A stretch of 64,000 bases of DNA, taken from NCBI GenBank assembly GCA_030704615.1, contig CM060731.1:37634001-37698000 (forward strand), written 5' to 3'. Below, piece by piece: positions 1-11,692 of the stretch. Origin of the DNA: Takakia lepidozioides. Lineage: Eukaryota; Plantae; Bryophyta. Both the position numbers and the translations under genes were made by a program. The notes below the pieces were generated by a model, which worked only from the letters and a program-made list of their open reading frames with translations, made no database searches and was not told where the DNA came from. The stretch's first letter is position 1; each line of letters begins with the position of its first letter.

Positions 1-437
1 TTTTGAGAATGTCTTCTATCTTCATCTCTGTGTACTTGTGTCACTAGTACATTCTTCCCCTTGCAGTTTGGATGGTTGAGCTGGGTCACCAGAGCATTGT
101 ACATCACCTCCAGTGGGAGAGTCGGATTTAGCGGTCTAGTTCCAGTGACCTCCTCCCCCATTCCTCCTCACTGCCAAAGACAAAAACAAGCTGACTGGGT
201 GAATTACCTCGTTCTTCAAGGGATGACTTTAAAGGATGACTGGATTGTAGCTGCAAAGGTGCCCATTTACTCGATCTGACAACAAGCAGTGGTCGCTGAG
301 TGGGCATTGGAGTGACATGTATGTATTGTCAGGGAGATCCCGAATGTCTGCTGTGCTTCTTTGTCGACATGTCCTCTCAACACAGTACTCCAGATTTTCC
401 TTTCATTGATTTTAACGTTGCACTTCAAACCTTGCAG

Positions 438-1091
438 ATTTGTGGTGTGTGTTCTCGGTCACTGACACAACGATCACCCTGGAGCTCCACACGAATGATC
501 GGCAGTGCCGATTGCAGTGTGGTGGGAGTCCTGGTTTGTGGCCATGTGTACCATGCCGAGTGCCTTGAACAAGCTACACCAGAATCCCTTAGGCAAGACC
601 CTCCCTGTCCACAGTGTGGGGCCTCTGAAAGGGCTGCAAAGGTTGTGAACACCCTGGAGTCTGTAACCCTTACAAAAGGAGGGGCAAGAGGGAACGGTTC
701 CCTGGCTCCTACAAGCTCTAGAAACAAGCTTTCTAGAATTGGAGTTGTGAACGATGACATGTCTGGGCCTGAGTTCTGTTTTCCAGGGGCAGGGCTGCAA
801 GTGAGTGTGAAAGGGGTTCAGCTATGTGAGGGAGAAAAGCCGAGGGCACAGCTACCCCCCTCTCCAGCTCCCTCTCACAGTGAGCGACTATTTTTAAGTA
901 AATCTCTATCACGAAAGCAGTTCTCTTTCAGGAATCGGTCAATAAGGGAATCCAACAGTGGTACTGGGTGGAAAAAACCGAGTTCTCCTGTACGCGTGTC
1001 TCCAGACAACTCTTCTGTGGAAGATTCCACATCTCAACCTCCATCAAAGAAAGGCAAGTCAAGCTCTTTCAGATTATTGAAAAAGCGCTAA
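438..1091 (+). CDS. Terminal exon of a plant RING-H2 zinc-finger protein (upstream exons outside window or unresolved)
   Basis: Acceptor ttgcag|ATT at 437/438. Translation ICGVCSRSL...VVGVLVCGHVYHAECLEQ...DPPCPQC fits C-x2-C...C-x-H-x2-H-x2-C...C-x2-C. Ser/Lys-rich tail, stop at 1091. Confidence 0.85.
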   Translation: MCGVCSRSLTQRSPWSSTRMIGSADCSVVGVLVCGHVYHAECLEQATPESLRQDPPCPQCGASERAAKVVNTLESVTLTKGGARGNGSLAPTSSRNKLSRIGVVNDDMSGPEFCFPGAGLQVSVKGVQLCEGEKPRAQLPPSPAPSHSERLFLSKSLSRKQFSFRNRSIRESNSGTGWKKPSSPVRVSPDNSSVEDSTSQPPSKKGKSSSFRLLKKR

Positions 1092-3546
1092 GCATTGGAC
1101 CCCTCTCGGTGTATATGCAAAGGACTAGCAGCAATGTATAATCTGTGAAGAGTTGGTTGCTGGGAGTACTTTCACTGCAGGTTTGGCATTCTGCTTGGAC
1201 GGGCGTTGGACCTCATGTTGGATACTCGGGTCTGTAGGATTGTAACACGCGTTGTGTCTACACTGGTTCGGCTGTTGGAATTTCTGGAGGAGAGGTGCCC
1301 AATGTTGACCCAGCAAGCATTTTGGCAGCCGAAAGTCCCAGCAGAGGAATGTCTGAGAAAGGGAGAGAAATGGGGAGAGGTTCTTGTTCGAAGCTAATTT
1401 TCTTTCTTATATGTATCAAGGAGTGTTCTTTGCTTGGCACAGCATCCTCAGGGTCATATTACGAATATACCCATTTCAAAAGTCTTGGGTTAGTCCCTTT
1501 TACCGGTAAACTTCTAGGTTGAAGTGTTTGCCGCCCCTAATTAACCAGCCATTTAACTGCTGGTGAATGTGTGAACTGGACCTGATGCTTGTGTACTATT
1601 CCTTGGGTCCCAAACCCAGGTGGTAGCAGGCGACGACTAATGCTCTCACATGTCGTGGTGTGCTAGAAAATCGCAGCAACAGAGTTGATTCTTCTTCCTG
1701 TGGATACCTGGAACACTGAGGCACTCCATTTTTAGGGTCATAGAATCTCCTAGTAGATAAACTGACGGGCAGCATTTCTGGGCCTTAAGATAGGCCTATA
1801 ACAATTTTGAGTGCTCTTGTAAGCCTTACATAGAATAGGCGAAATAAATTTTGGCACTCAAAACAGAAGAAAAAGATGGGGGTCAAACTTGCCACCAGGA
1901 AGACCACCATTCTTTCATATTTCCTCTGTAAGTACTGACTCTGACCAAGCAGACTCGACTGTATCATATACTCTTTACCTTGTAAATTTCATCTTGCAGC
2001 AATATGCTTGGCAGGTCATGCAATATCTCTTCCCTACTCCCATGCTTTCTGTGCTTGCAATTCCTCCTATGCATCAGCACCCCTCTACTTCACAGTAGGT
2101 AGTATGGATGTTTGCACTTTGTGCACTTTGCACTTGTTTGCACTAGTATGGATGTTTGCACTTGCACTTTGCACTTTGCACAGCCTGCACACCGAGAGAG
2201 AGAGGAGGGAGACCATCTATTGCTCTAAGAGAAGTTCCTCCATTAGGTGTATGCTGTTGCTCTAACAGGTGACACCTGACTGAGCTTCTCACAACTCTGT
2301 ATATGTGCTCTGCAATCACTCTGCATCAAAGCTCCAGTTTGCAGGGGGCTTCCTCCTGCTTGAAGCAACGGGCTTCTGAGATGAACAGAAATACAAATAC
2401 CGCAACTTCTCTCTCTCCACGGAAAGCTTTAGTACGTAGACCCGATCAAGGATCTCGTGTCGGGAGCTCCGAGACTCTCGAGGGGTCCCACGGCAGATGC
2501 AAGCCTCGGTAGAAGAGCTGGTGAGAGGAAGTATAAGAAAGGCCAAGGCAAAGCACGTGCCGCCATCTCCCCCACTCTTCACAGCTGTGCAGGTCCGACC
2601 GCAACAGTTGTCGCCACCTTCAACTTTTTCTCGTTGGCCGCCGCGAGATACCTACTTCGATTTGGAGAGCAGGCTGCTGCAGTGGGCACTGTGGTGAGTC
2701 ATGAATCCTTGTTTGGAAGGGATGCCCTGCACGAACTCCGCTGTTGATTCTTTTCTGGTCGCTTGCCCAGTGAGTAGAAGTGGACACAAAGAATGACGTT
2801 TACAGTACTAGAATTACGCAATTTACGAGCCAGAAGGAGGCCTCGACACAAACCCGTTCATATACATCATGCAGGATGATTTCTGCTGGCTTTCTGATCT
2901 ACCGAGTTTGCCATGGTATCCATGGTGCATTGGATATGAATTCAGAGACTCAAGAATTCAGTCTCTATAGTTCCTGAGCATGTGAGATCTTTCCAGTAAG
3001 GCAATGGTACCTTTCGCGATTCTGGACATGCAATTTGGATTCTGTTGCAAGGCTGTATATTGATTTTGTACATCCATAGATCCTGGTGTCTTCTCAAGTA
3101 GGGTCTCAACTTGCATCGAGTTCCTCTTATTAACTGACGCACAACCTCGATGTGAGAGCTGCAGGCTTACAAATGGATTTCGAAGCTGTACAGGACATGA
3201 CCTTTCGTAGATCACTTAACCGGCACCAGATCATTGAGAGAATGCAGGCGGTGCGCCTCCCCATGGCGGTCCATGCTAAGCAACGGTCCGAGGTAAGTCG
3301 ATCAGTACATTCGGGAGTGTCTCAGAATCCTCGGAGAAAATTGCCAGGCATGATCTTAGTTGGTTAGATACATAATTTAATTCTGATTCCTCATAGTGGG
3401 TCTGAATCTAGCTCCCACGCCTGCAGATTATTTCTCCCTGGCCAGCACAGGTCTTTGGTTTCATTGTTTTACTTGGACGGTCCATACTTCATTGATCAAT
3501 CCTGAAAAGCTCACTTGCTGTGAATGTTGCCTTCACACCTTCGCAG

Positions 3547-3855
3547 ATTTGTGGTGTGTGTTCTGACTCGATGTCACAACAACTACCCCGGGGCGGTCCT
3601 CGCAGCAAGGAGAGCGTTCATTGCAGTGTAGTGGGAGTCCTCGCTTGTGGACATGTCTTTCATCCCGAGTGCCTCGAACAAACAACCCCGGCATCACTGC
3701 GCCACGACCCTGCCTGCCCGAAATGCGGGCCCATTGAAAAAGCTGCAGAAGCCAAGGTCGTGAATATCCTGGAGCCTGCGACGCTGGCAGAAGGACTGGT
3801 ACCAGGGAATGGCTCCAAGGAAGCCCCCTACGACCGAGCTGCACAAGCTCTCTAA
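3547..3855 (+). pseudogene. Paralogous RING-H2 exon, C-terminally truncated (tandem duplicate of 438-1091)
   Basis: Same acceptor context cgcag|ATTTGTGGTGTGTG. ICGVCSDSM...VVGVLACGHVFHPECLEQ...DPACPKC aligns with the first copy but stops about 115 codons earlier. Confidence 0.6.
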
Positions 3856-4941
3856 AATTTTATCCGGGTTCCTGAGTTCTTTGTCCAGGCCGGGTAAGTG
3901 AGCACATAAGAGGCATAACTGCGGTGAGCAGTGGAGGTCCTCAGCTTCCTCTCACGACCAGCGCCACACGTTTCTTAGTCTCTCGGAATTGCTAGTCTAG
4001 AGCTCAGGAGCTGTAAAACTGCTAATTGAAGGCACATCAACATTTAATAAACGTGCATGATAGCACAATTCATCAGCTTTCAATGTGAAGTTTCTAGTAT
4101 ACCGTCGTAAGGGTCATTGGCTCAGTTTGGATTTGGGAGTGTCTGAACGCTGCCAGGTTACATGATACACGGAGACATCCATGAGATGCAGTGGAGTGCG
4201 TAGGCGATGCCTCTTTGTTGTATACTTCCTGACGTGGGCGGGTAGTCGTGTAGTCTTGATTTCTTGACGTTTGCAGCCTGGAACATCCACATGCACAGCA
4301 TGCTTACGTCTGTACATATATATATATACTATATTGGAACGTAGAAAATTGCACGTGTATGGCAGCTCCGGCCTTGAACATTGCATGATCCCCTTTCAGA
4401 CAGTTTGCAAGTGGTGGGAGATGGACACATGTATGAGTGCACTATGCCAAAATTGTCCATCTTTCTTTTGTAAGCGCTTGCAAGTCTCCTGTCCTTTCAC
4501 TTCCATGTATGAGGACTGGTCTAAGGTACCTGTTGGCCCACAAAGGTCTATTTGTTTTCAATTCATGGAAAATCCGAGAATGTGGGCTGAAGAAATCTGA
4601 AGAAATCTGAAGTTCAAGTGCTACGGATGTGCAAGCAAGTCCCAAAAGATATCCATGCTTGCAGATGCATCAGCAGTGCCAAAAAAGTGTATAAGTATGA
4701 AAATCACTTTATCCAGATGAGGATGTACATATGATAGATCTGATGATCTGGACCATTTGATTCAAATATTGCCTGGACTAAGTGCTCAAATATTCCATGG
4801 ACCCTAGAGTAGATTTCTTGCTCGAAGATTCATGAATCCTGTCCTAGAGATGATAACACGAGTTGCAACTACAGTAGAGAGCTCTACTATCTATGAAAAA
4901 TTGCTTTCCTGGAAAGCTTCGATACAAGTTGTGTTGGGCCA

Positions 4942-6785
4942 CTAGGTCTGCACACGTATTTGCTCCTCAAATTTTCCCATATTCTTCTTCTGCAGGGCCG
5001 TGAAGACGTTCATACTTCCATCTTCCATGCCATTGCCAGTGAACAATACAAATTGAGTATGAGGGTTGACTATAGGTCCTGCGTACGATGGCTTTCCCCA
5101 GCCAAAATCTATTTTATAAAATGGAATTCTCCACCATGATGAGATGGTAAAGCTGTCTGGAGTGTTGTAGTTACAGCGGTTAACTTCCCAATAATCAATT
5201 TGAGACCTCACAAAGTCGTCTGTCAACCTCTCTAGTGCTTCATGGATCTTGGAAACAGCGAAGGATAGAGGTTTCTCACATAGATCTCTAGCCCGTGCTG
5301 TGGCAACTGTTCTCGTAACAGCAACTCCACAAAACGCTTCTGGGAGAGGGGGCTCGACTTTCTGACGGATGTCCGCAACCAACCCCATTCTACAGTCACG
5401 ATCTGGATCCCAATCCATTGACTTTACACGCGACTGCCATACATGGGCTGCCACAGCCTCGAAAGTTGTGCACTTTCTTAGAGTCCCATCTTCGAGGGCC
5501 TTGTTCTTCAGCATTAGAAGCGTCTCTGCTGTAAATGAGAACACTTTGAACTCGGTGGTACGGGCGAGGTCCTCTAAGTCATTGGTTTGGAGAGAACCAT
5601 TCACTCCGTCACCTAGTGGACCGTACTCAAGAGTGTGGTCATGGCTGATGGAGGGAGGAGACCGTGCCTTCAACAGAGTCCTGTCTGGTTTTGGGACCAC
5701 TACCAACTCCTTGCCTCGAGCAATAGAGCTGAGATTGAGGAGAAATTCCATGGCTGCTTTGCCATCATGTAGAAGGTGATTCATGACAAAGCCCACTGAA
5801 AATCCTCCACACTTGAATTTCGTGACCTACTCAACAAAGCCGATCATGATCAAACACTAGTTAGCTATACAAGTGGAGATAAAGAGCTGCTAAGCATTCA
5901 CGTTCAATAATTTGTACAAGTCTCTGCGAGCAGAAAATCTATTCAAAATGAGTTCAAAATAAGCTCTCCGAAAGGGACTTCGCACCACTGCTCTCAAGAG
6001 CGATAATAAATCTAGTTTAGTCTAACATTTCACCCAGGGTTGAAATGAAAACAATTCGTGAAGATTTGAGGATACACAATATAACGTGCACGTATGTTAC
6101 AATCATACGAGTCAGTGAGAGAGCCCAGGTGGTTTGAAAGGATGTTCAAAACCAAAGAAATCTCAATGATCGAGCTGTTGATCAATTAACTATATATAAA
6201 CCAAGAAGACGATGGCAGATCCGGTAACAACTTCACCTGTGTCATGAGGAGAGGCTTCTCCAAGATGTTTGATGCGTCTGGACTCTGGGGAATCAAATTT
6301 CTGAACAAAGGATTGGGATACGTCAAGTCTCCAAGCTCAGCTATAGTCAAATCCGTGGTCGCTGCCGTAAATTCTGAACCAGCCCTGTTGCAGTCGATCT
6401 CCAGCCTCTTTTCTGTCTGATTGAACCTTAGTCGACCCGCTTTGAAATGGTAAGGCACCAACACCTGTAGCATGCGTACGTTCATATTAGTCACTTAGAT
6501 GCACATGCACCTCCAAGTGTCGGATTCTCAAATGTGCAGTCAAGTCACGCACAACCTTACCTTCCGCAGGGCCTCCCGCAACACTTCGACAACCGTCTCA
6601 TTGCTCTTGTCGGGGTTGGGTGGGAAGAAATACACAGTTTCCACTGGGAAAACAACCTGCTGCTCAATGTTGGAGAGATACAACGTTTCCCTCGGGGTGG
6701 GTTCTGCAGGAAGGATAAGCTCGGGTTTCTCTACAGTCACCTTGAGCTCCGTGAGAGCAGAAACCGGTGCCTGATCAGACGCCAT
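4942..6785 (-). CDS. BAHD acyltransferase (GLAUCE / omega-hydroxyacid feruloyl transferase-like), 3 exons: 6785-6561, 6464-6237, 5826-4942; ~445 aa
   Basis: HXXXDG (HLLHDG), DFGWG, QVTKFKCGGF and LYLSNIEQ motifs. GT-AG phase-0 introns give a continuous frame. Confidence 0.93.
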
Positions 6786-7872
6786 GATGCCCACAACTTC
6801 AGACGATCAGTGCTGCAGATTTATAGCTACCCCTGTAACTTCCTTGACTAAACTTCTGCCGCACTACACCAGCAGCCTCGTTTCCTTTCAAGGCAAGGGG
6901 CAACAGAGGCAGAGCGCAGAAGAGAACACACCGACTACTCCTGCATGGCCGCCATGTCACGACCACGTCAGTTTAAGGCCTCACGTACTCGTATATTACT
7001 ACGTAGACATACGCTATATAAATACATTCAGACCGAGGGAGACGGAGGGGAAGCTAAGCACATGCATCGACTCTTGTAGTCTAGTCTTGCCGGTCTTGTC
7101 ACATCTCTCACAGGGACAGGGATGGCAGGATCCTCGCGGCTCTCCTGAGCTCGAGCTGCTGGGAATGGCCCGTGCCCAAGGCATGGATTGTCGTTGCGGC
7201 GAGCGGGCGGGAAGCCTAACATCCTGCAGCAGGGTAATGGGTCAGGATTGGGAGCTGAAATGGGTGTTTAGCATGGCAATTCCGGGCCTCCAATCTTTGC
7301 GGGTGCCCCAGCCCCCAAGGATCGTATCGAAGAAAGGTATAGAGATGCAATTCTCAGCTCAACTTTTTGGGTCTCTAGACTGTTACGTCCGTGGTCCATT
7401 CCAGCAGCAAGCGTTTTTCGGGTAATTGACACTCTTTCCTCTTTCCATGAGATCCTAAAGGAGCTCGTGGAACGTTTGAGACATGTCTTGGCTGTATAAG
7501 AGCGAGAGGTATGTACTTTATTTACATTGCATCCATAACTCCAGAGGGATACCACCCGATTCTTCCTCGGGATGAAAGTCATTACAGCGCCCGCACGTAG
7601 CCCACGCAAATCCCGGTGAGAGCTCGAAGGATTTGAAGTTCTCTTCTCGGAGGGATTGACATACATTAGGGTGGCAAATCTGTCGCGACAATTTCCAGTC
7701 AGAGTTACACCTTCGGTGCAAAACGTAGGCTGTGACTTAATCCTTGAGAGAATAATCCGGGAGGGGTTTCTAGCCATAGTGCTCTTGCACAGCCAATATT
7801 TATCCAATCACAGCGAATGGTACATTGATGAAAGGGTTGTTCTGGCATAGCACATTTCTACGCTTCTCCCTC

Positions 7873-8131
7873 TATACTACGAGATCCGTGGGAGATTCCA
7901 CTGTTTATTCAGTGGAACCCAATCTCTCACTGAAGTCTTCCACTATGAGGATCAAAAATGCTTGGCAGCCTGCACGAGGCCTTCACCCTTAGACAATCGC
8001 TAGAACATTAATTCTTATTCTTGGGGTTCCGGTTTTGTTTCCTCTCTCATGTTTTCTTCCATTTTGTCCCATAAGCTCTATGAGCTTTGCGCGGACGTTA
8101 TAAAGCACCATTTCATTTCATTTCTCTCTCC
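7873..8131 (+). mobile_element. 5'-truncated LINE 3' end (RTEX-like family A) with (CATTT)n tail
   Basis: Encodes YYEIRGRFHCLFSGTQ...LRQSLEH*, near-identical to the 39816-40355 copy. Shared 3'UTR ...cccataagctctatgagcttt... and tail catttcatttcattt. Confidence 0.85.
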
Positions 8132-9499
8132 TATCACTACTACAAAAACCGGTTTTTCCAACACCACCCATAGTTCACACCTGGCACTTTGAACAGCTCC
8201 TCTTACACCCATATGAGAGGAGGCAAGGTGTGATCTGGACCATTGTAGGAAAACCCACATGGTGTTACAAATTTCACACTCGAATAACACCCATACGGTC
8301 AACGGGTGTTGACCAAGATAATGCATATGGGGCATTTGACATGAGTGTGAAATGAGTCATGAAGTGTGAGGTTAGTGTGAGATGTCCTACAGGAATTTGG
8401 GGCAACTATATGGCGTGGCACATTGACCATCCAGGTGGAAGATAGATGGATGAAATGACTTCCACCTCTATTCAACATGCCTTGGACGACATAACACATA
8501 GACTTTTGTTTAGAGAATTTAAAAGTTCAAAAATGTTATTAGGGTTATGGGGTCTGCATGTAGAGGGCTATGGGACTTGTAGTTTTTCTTTGCCGGCTCG
8601 TTTAGAATCTGAATGCCCACCAGTGCAGGCCATCCATTTAAGTTGATGCCAAAATGCATTTTCATCCAAACATCAAAGCTCTCAAAACAAACAACCTCAA
8701 GTAAAATGAGAAGGAGATCGGCAGAACCGAAAGGGCATAGAATTCTCTTCAATATTGAACACTGCCTGCAACTATTGGCTATAACTTGCCCTCTGTCCTG
8801 TCACATATAATCCCTTCGGGAACCAGCAATCCAAAAAGATGCACTGCTCATGCAGCTGACGACAATATCGTTATGAGAATGTCACACTATAATCAACAAT
8901 GTACAACAATTGCTTTGAGAAGCTATAGATAAAACTACCTCATGTCGTCTCAGAGATTTGTGAGCGCCAAAAATGTCAATCCCATTTCTGTCCAGTCAAC
9001 CTTGACACGCAGTTCGGGACACGCAGCAAAGAGGGCGTAGGCGCATGTGCACAACAACCCTAGGCCCCTCACAATGAGACAGTCTGAAGCTGAGCTGAGC
9101 ACGAATTTCAATCTCTACTAGTCCAACCGTACTAGAGAAATATCCAGTGATCCTCAGACAAGGCTTTCTTCACCACCTTACAAAAATTGTTCCCAATGAC
9201 TACCTCCCTGTCCACATTGTTGCTTGATGTCGAGAAGCTTGGACAAAGTGCCTTGCTCTTTGTGACTGGCTCCCTTTTTGAGACAGCAGGGTTTTTTTTT
9301 TACGGGTGTACTTCACTCACAACCGTCTTTTTTACACTACGTCCGGGATATCAATGATCGCCCCAGCCTGAATTTTGCCCCACCCTATCAAGCGCCAGTG
9401 TTTTTTAACTAGTGCTTTTCAACTCGTCTGCTGAGGGCCCCACTTTCTCCCCTCTACTGGTACATGTCAAAATCACTCCAAGAGCCATAGTGTTGGAAA

Positions 9500-11084
9500 A
9501 CTGCCTTCGCATCCTTGATGCTCCCACATTTGGCATACATGTCCACGAGGGCACTGTCCAGAATCACAATCAGTACAATTCCAGCTTTGACAATGAAACC
9601 ATGGACCTGATCTTCCCTTTTCCAGAGCTGGCAAGCTTGCCCTTGATGCTCCCACATTTGGCGTACATGTCCACGAGGGCATTGTTCAGAATCACATCAG
9701 GTACAATTCCAGCTTTGACAATGAAACCATGGACCTCTTCCCTTTTCCAGAGCTGCCAGGCTTGCCCTTCATGCTGACACATTTGGCATACATGTCCACG
9801 AGGGCATTGTCCAGAATCACATCGGGTATAATTCCAGCTTTGACAAATGAAACCATGGACCTCTTCCCTTTTGCAGAGCTGCCAGGCTTGCCCTTGATGC
9901 TCCCACATTTGGCATACATGTCCACGATTGGCATACATGTCCACGAGGGCATTGTCCAGAATCACAGTCAGGTACAATTCTAGCTTTGACAATGAAACCA
10001 TGGACCTGATCGGAACCTTTTCCAGAGCTGGCAGGCTTGCCATTGATGCTCCCATGTTTGGCATACATGTCCACGAGGGCATTGTCCAAAATCACAATCA
10101 CGTACAATGCAAGCTTTGACAATGAAACCATAGACCTGATCTTCCATTTTCCAGAGCTGGCAGGCTTGCCCTTGATGCTCCCACGTTTGGCATACATGTC
10201 CACGAGGGCATTGTCCAGAATCACAATCACGTACAATGCAAGCTTTGACAATGAAACCATAGACCTGATCTTCCCTTTCCCAGAGCTGGCAGGCTTGCCC
10301 TTCATGCTCCCACATTTGGCATACATATCCACGAGGGCACTGTCCAGAATCACAATCACCTACAATGCAAGCTTTGACAATGAAACCATAGACCTGATCT
10401 TCCCTTTCCCAGAGCTGGCAGGCTTGCCCTTCATGCTCCTACATTTGGTATACATGTCCACAAAGGGCATTGTCCAGAATCACAATCAGGTACAATTCCA
10501 GCTTAGACAATGAAACCACGGACTTGATCTTCCATTTTCCAGAGCTGGCAGGCTTGCCCTTGATGCTCCCACATTTGGTATCCTTAAAGCATGGACCTAA
10601 TCTTCCCTTTTCCAGAGCTGCCAGGCTTGCCCTTCATGCTAACACATTTGGCATACATGTCCACGAGGGCATTGTCCAGAATCACATCAGGTACAATTCC
10701 AGCTTTGACAATGAAACCATGGACCCGATCTTCCCTTTTCCAGAGCTCCCAGGCTTGCCCTTCATGCTGAAACATTTGGCATACATGTCCACGAGGGCAT
10801 TGTCTCGAATCACATCAGGTATAATTCCAGCTTTGACAATGAAACCATGGACCTCTTCCCTTTTCCAGAGCTGCCAAGCTTGCCCTTGATGCTCGCACAT
10901 TTGGCATACTTGTCCACGAGGGCATTGTCCACAATCACAATCAGGTACAATTCCAGCTTTGACAATGAAACCATGGACCTGATCAGAACCTTTTCCAGAG
11001 CTGGCAGGCTTGCCCTTGATGCTCCCACATTTGGCATACATATCCACGAGGGCATTGTTCAAAATCACATCAGGTACAATTCCA
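9500..11084 (-). repeat. Tandem array (~12-13 units of ~125-129 bp) derived from a PLS-class PPR gene fragment, inside the CACTA
   Basis: The unit recurs with anchor ttgacaatgaaacc. The minus strand translates to ...[31 protein letters not shown]..., with frame changes between units. Confidence 0.9.
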
Positions 11085-11692
11085 AAAATGTGGCCCTCTT
11101 GGATGAATTTGGGCCCACACTCTATCCCTGCTCCTTCAGCTATCCATGCCTCTCACAAATTATGCATACATCTTTGCCTTGCTGGTAGCAACTGACAATA
11201 ACAGCCTACATTTGTTCTAAGAAACACCCAACTCAACTTCTCACACTAGTTCCTATGCTCAATTGCATCTGCTACTCTCTATAATCCAACATGCATTCAC
11301 CTTTTTGCCACAATTGGCCCACCATTGACTAGGGTCAGAAAAGTATGCAGGCCACAACTCCATGACTGTTTAGGGTTCACTGTCACAAATGAAAGTGTGT
11401 TTGTCAGAATTTTGCCAACCCCAACAGCTCAGTCACTCCCACCCATGCAAGGTACCATGCTGTATCAAGTCTAAACCCTGGAAAAATACATGCAATAGCA
11501 TGAACCAACTCTAGACCATAGCACAACTGGCCTGGTACCTCCCATGTGGAGCTTGCCTCCGCCTTCTACCATTTTGCCTCTGCCTTGCAAGTGCATTCAA
11601 GTTGGCAATGGCCAATTCATCTGCCTCACTCAAAGGAACACAAACAGCAAGCTCAGTCATGATGTTATAAGGAATTTCAGGAGGCACCATGC

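Noticed and set aside
7268-7870. ORFs next to the LINE 3' fragment as an inverted LINE 5' part
   Set aside because: No recognisable EN/RT motif and no convincing TSD.
9500-11084. CRISPR-like array or functional PPR protein
   Set aside because: The units are contiguous with no unique spacers, and frames shift between units.
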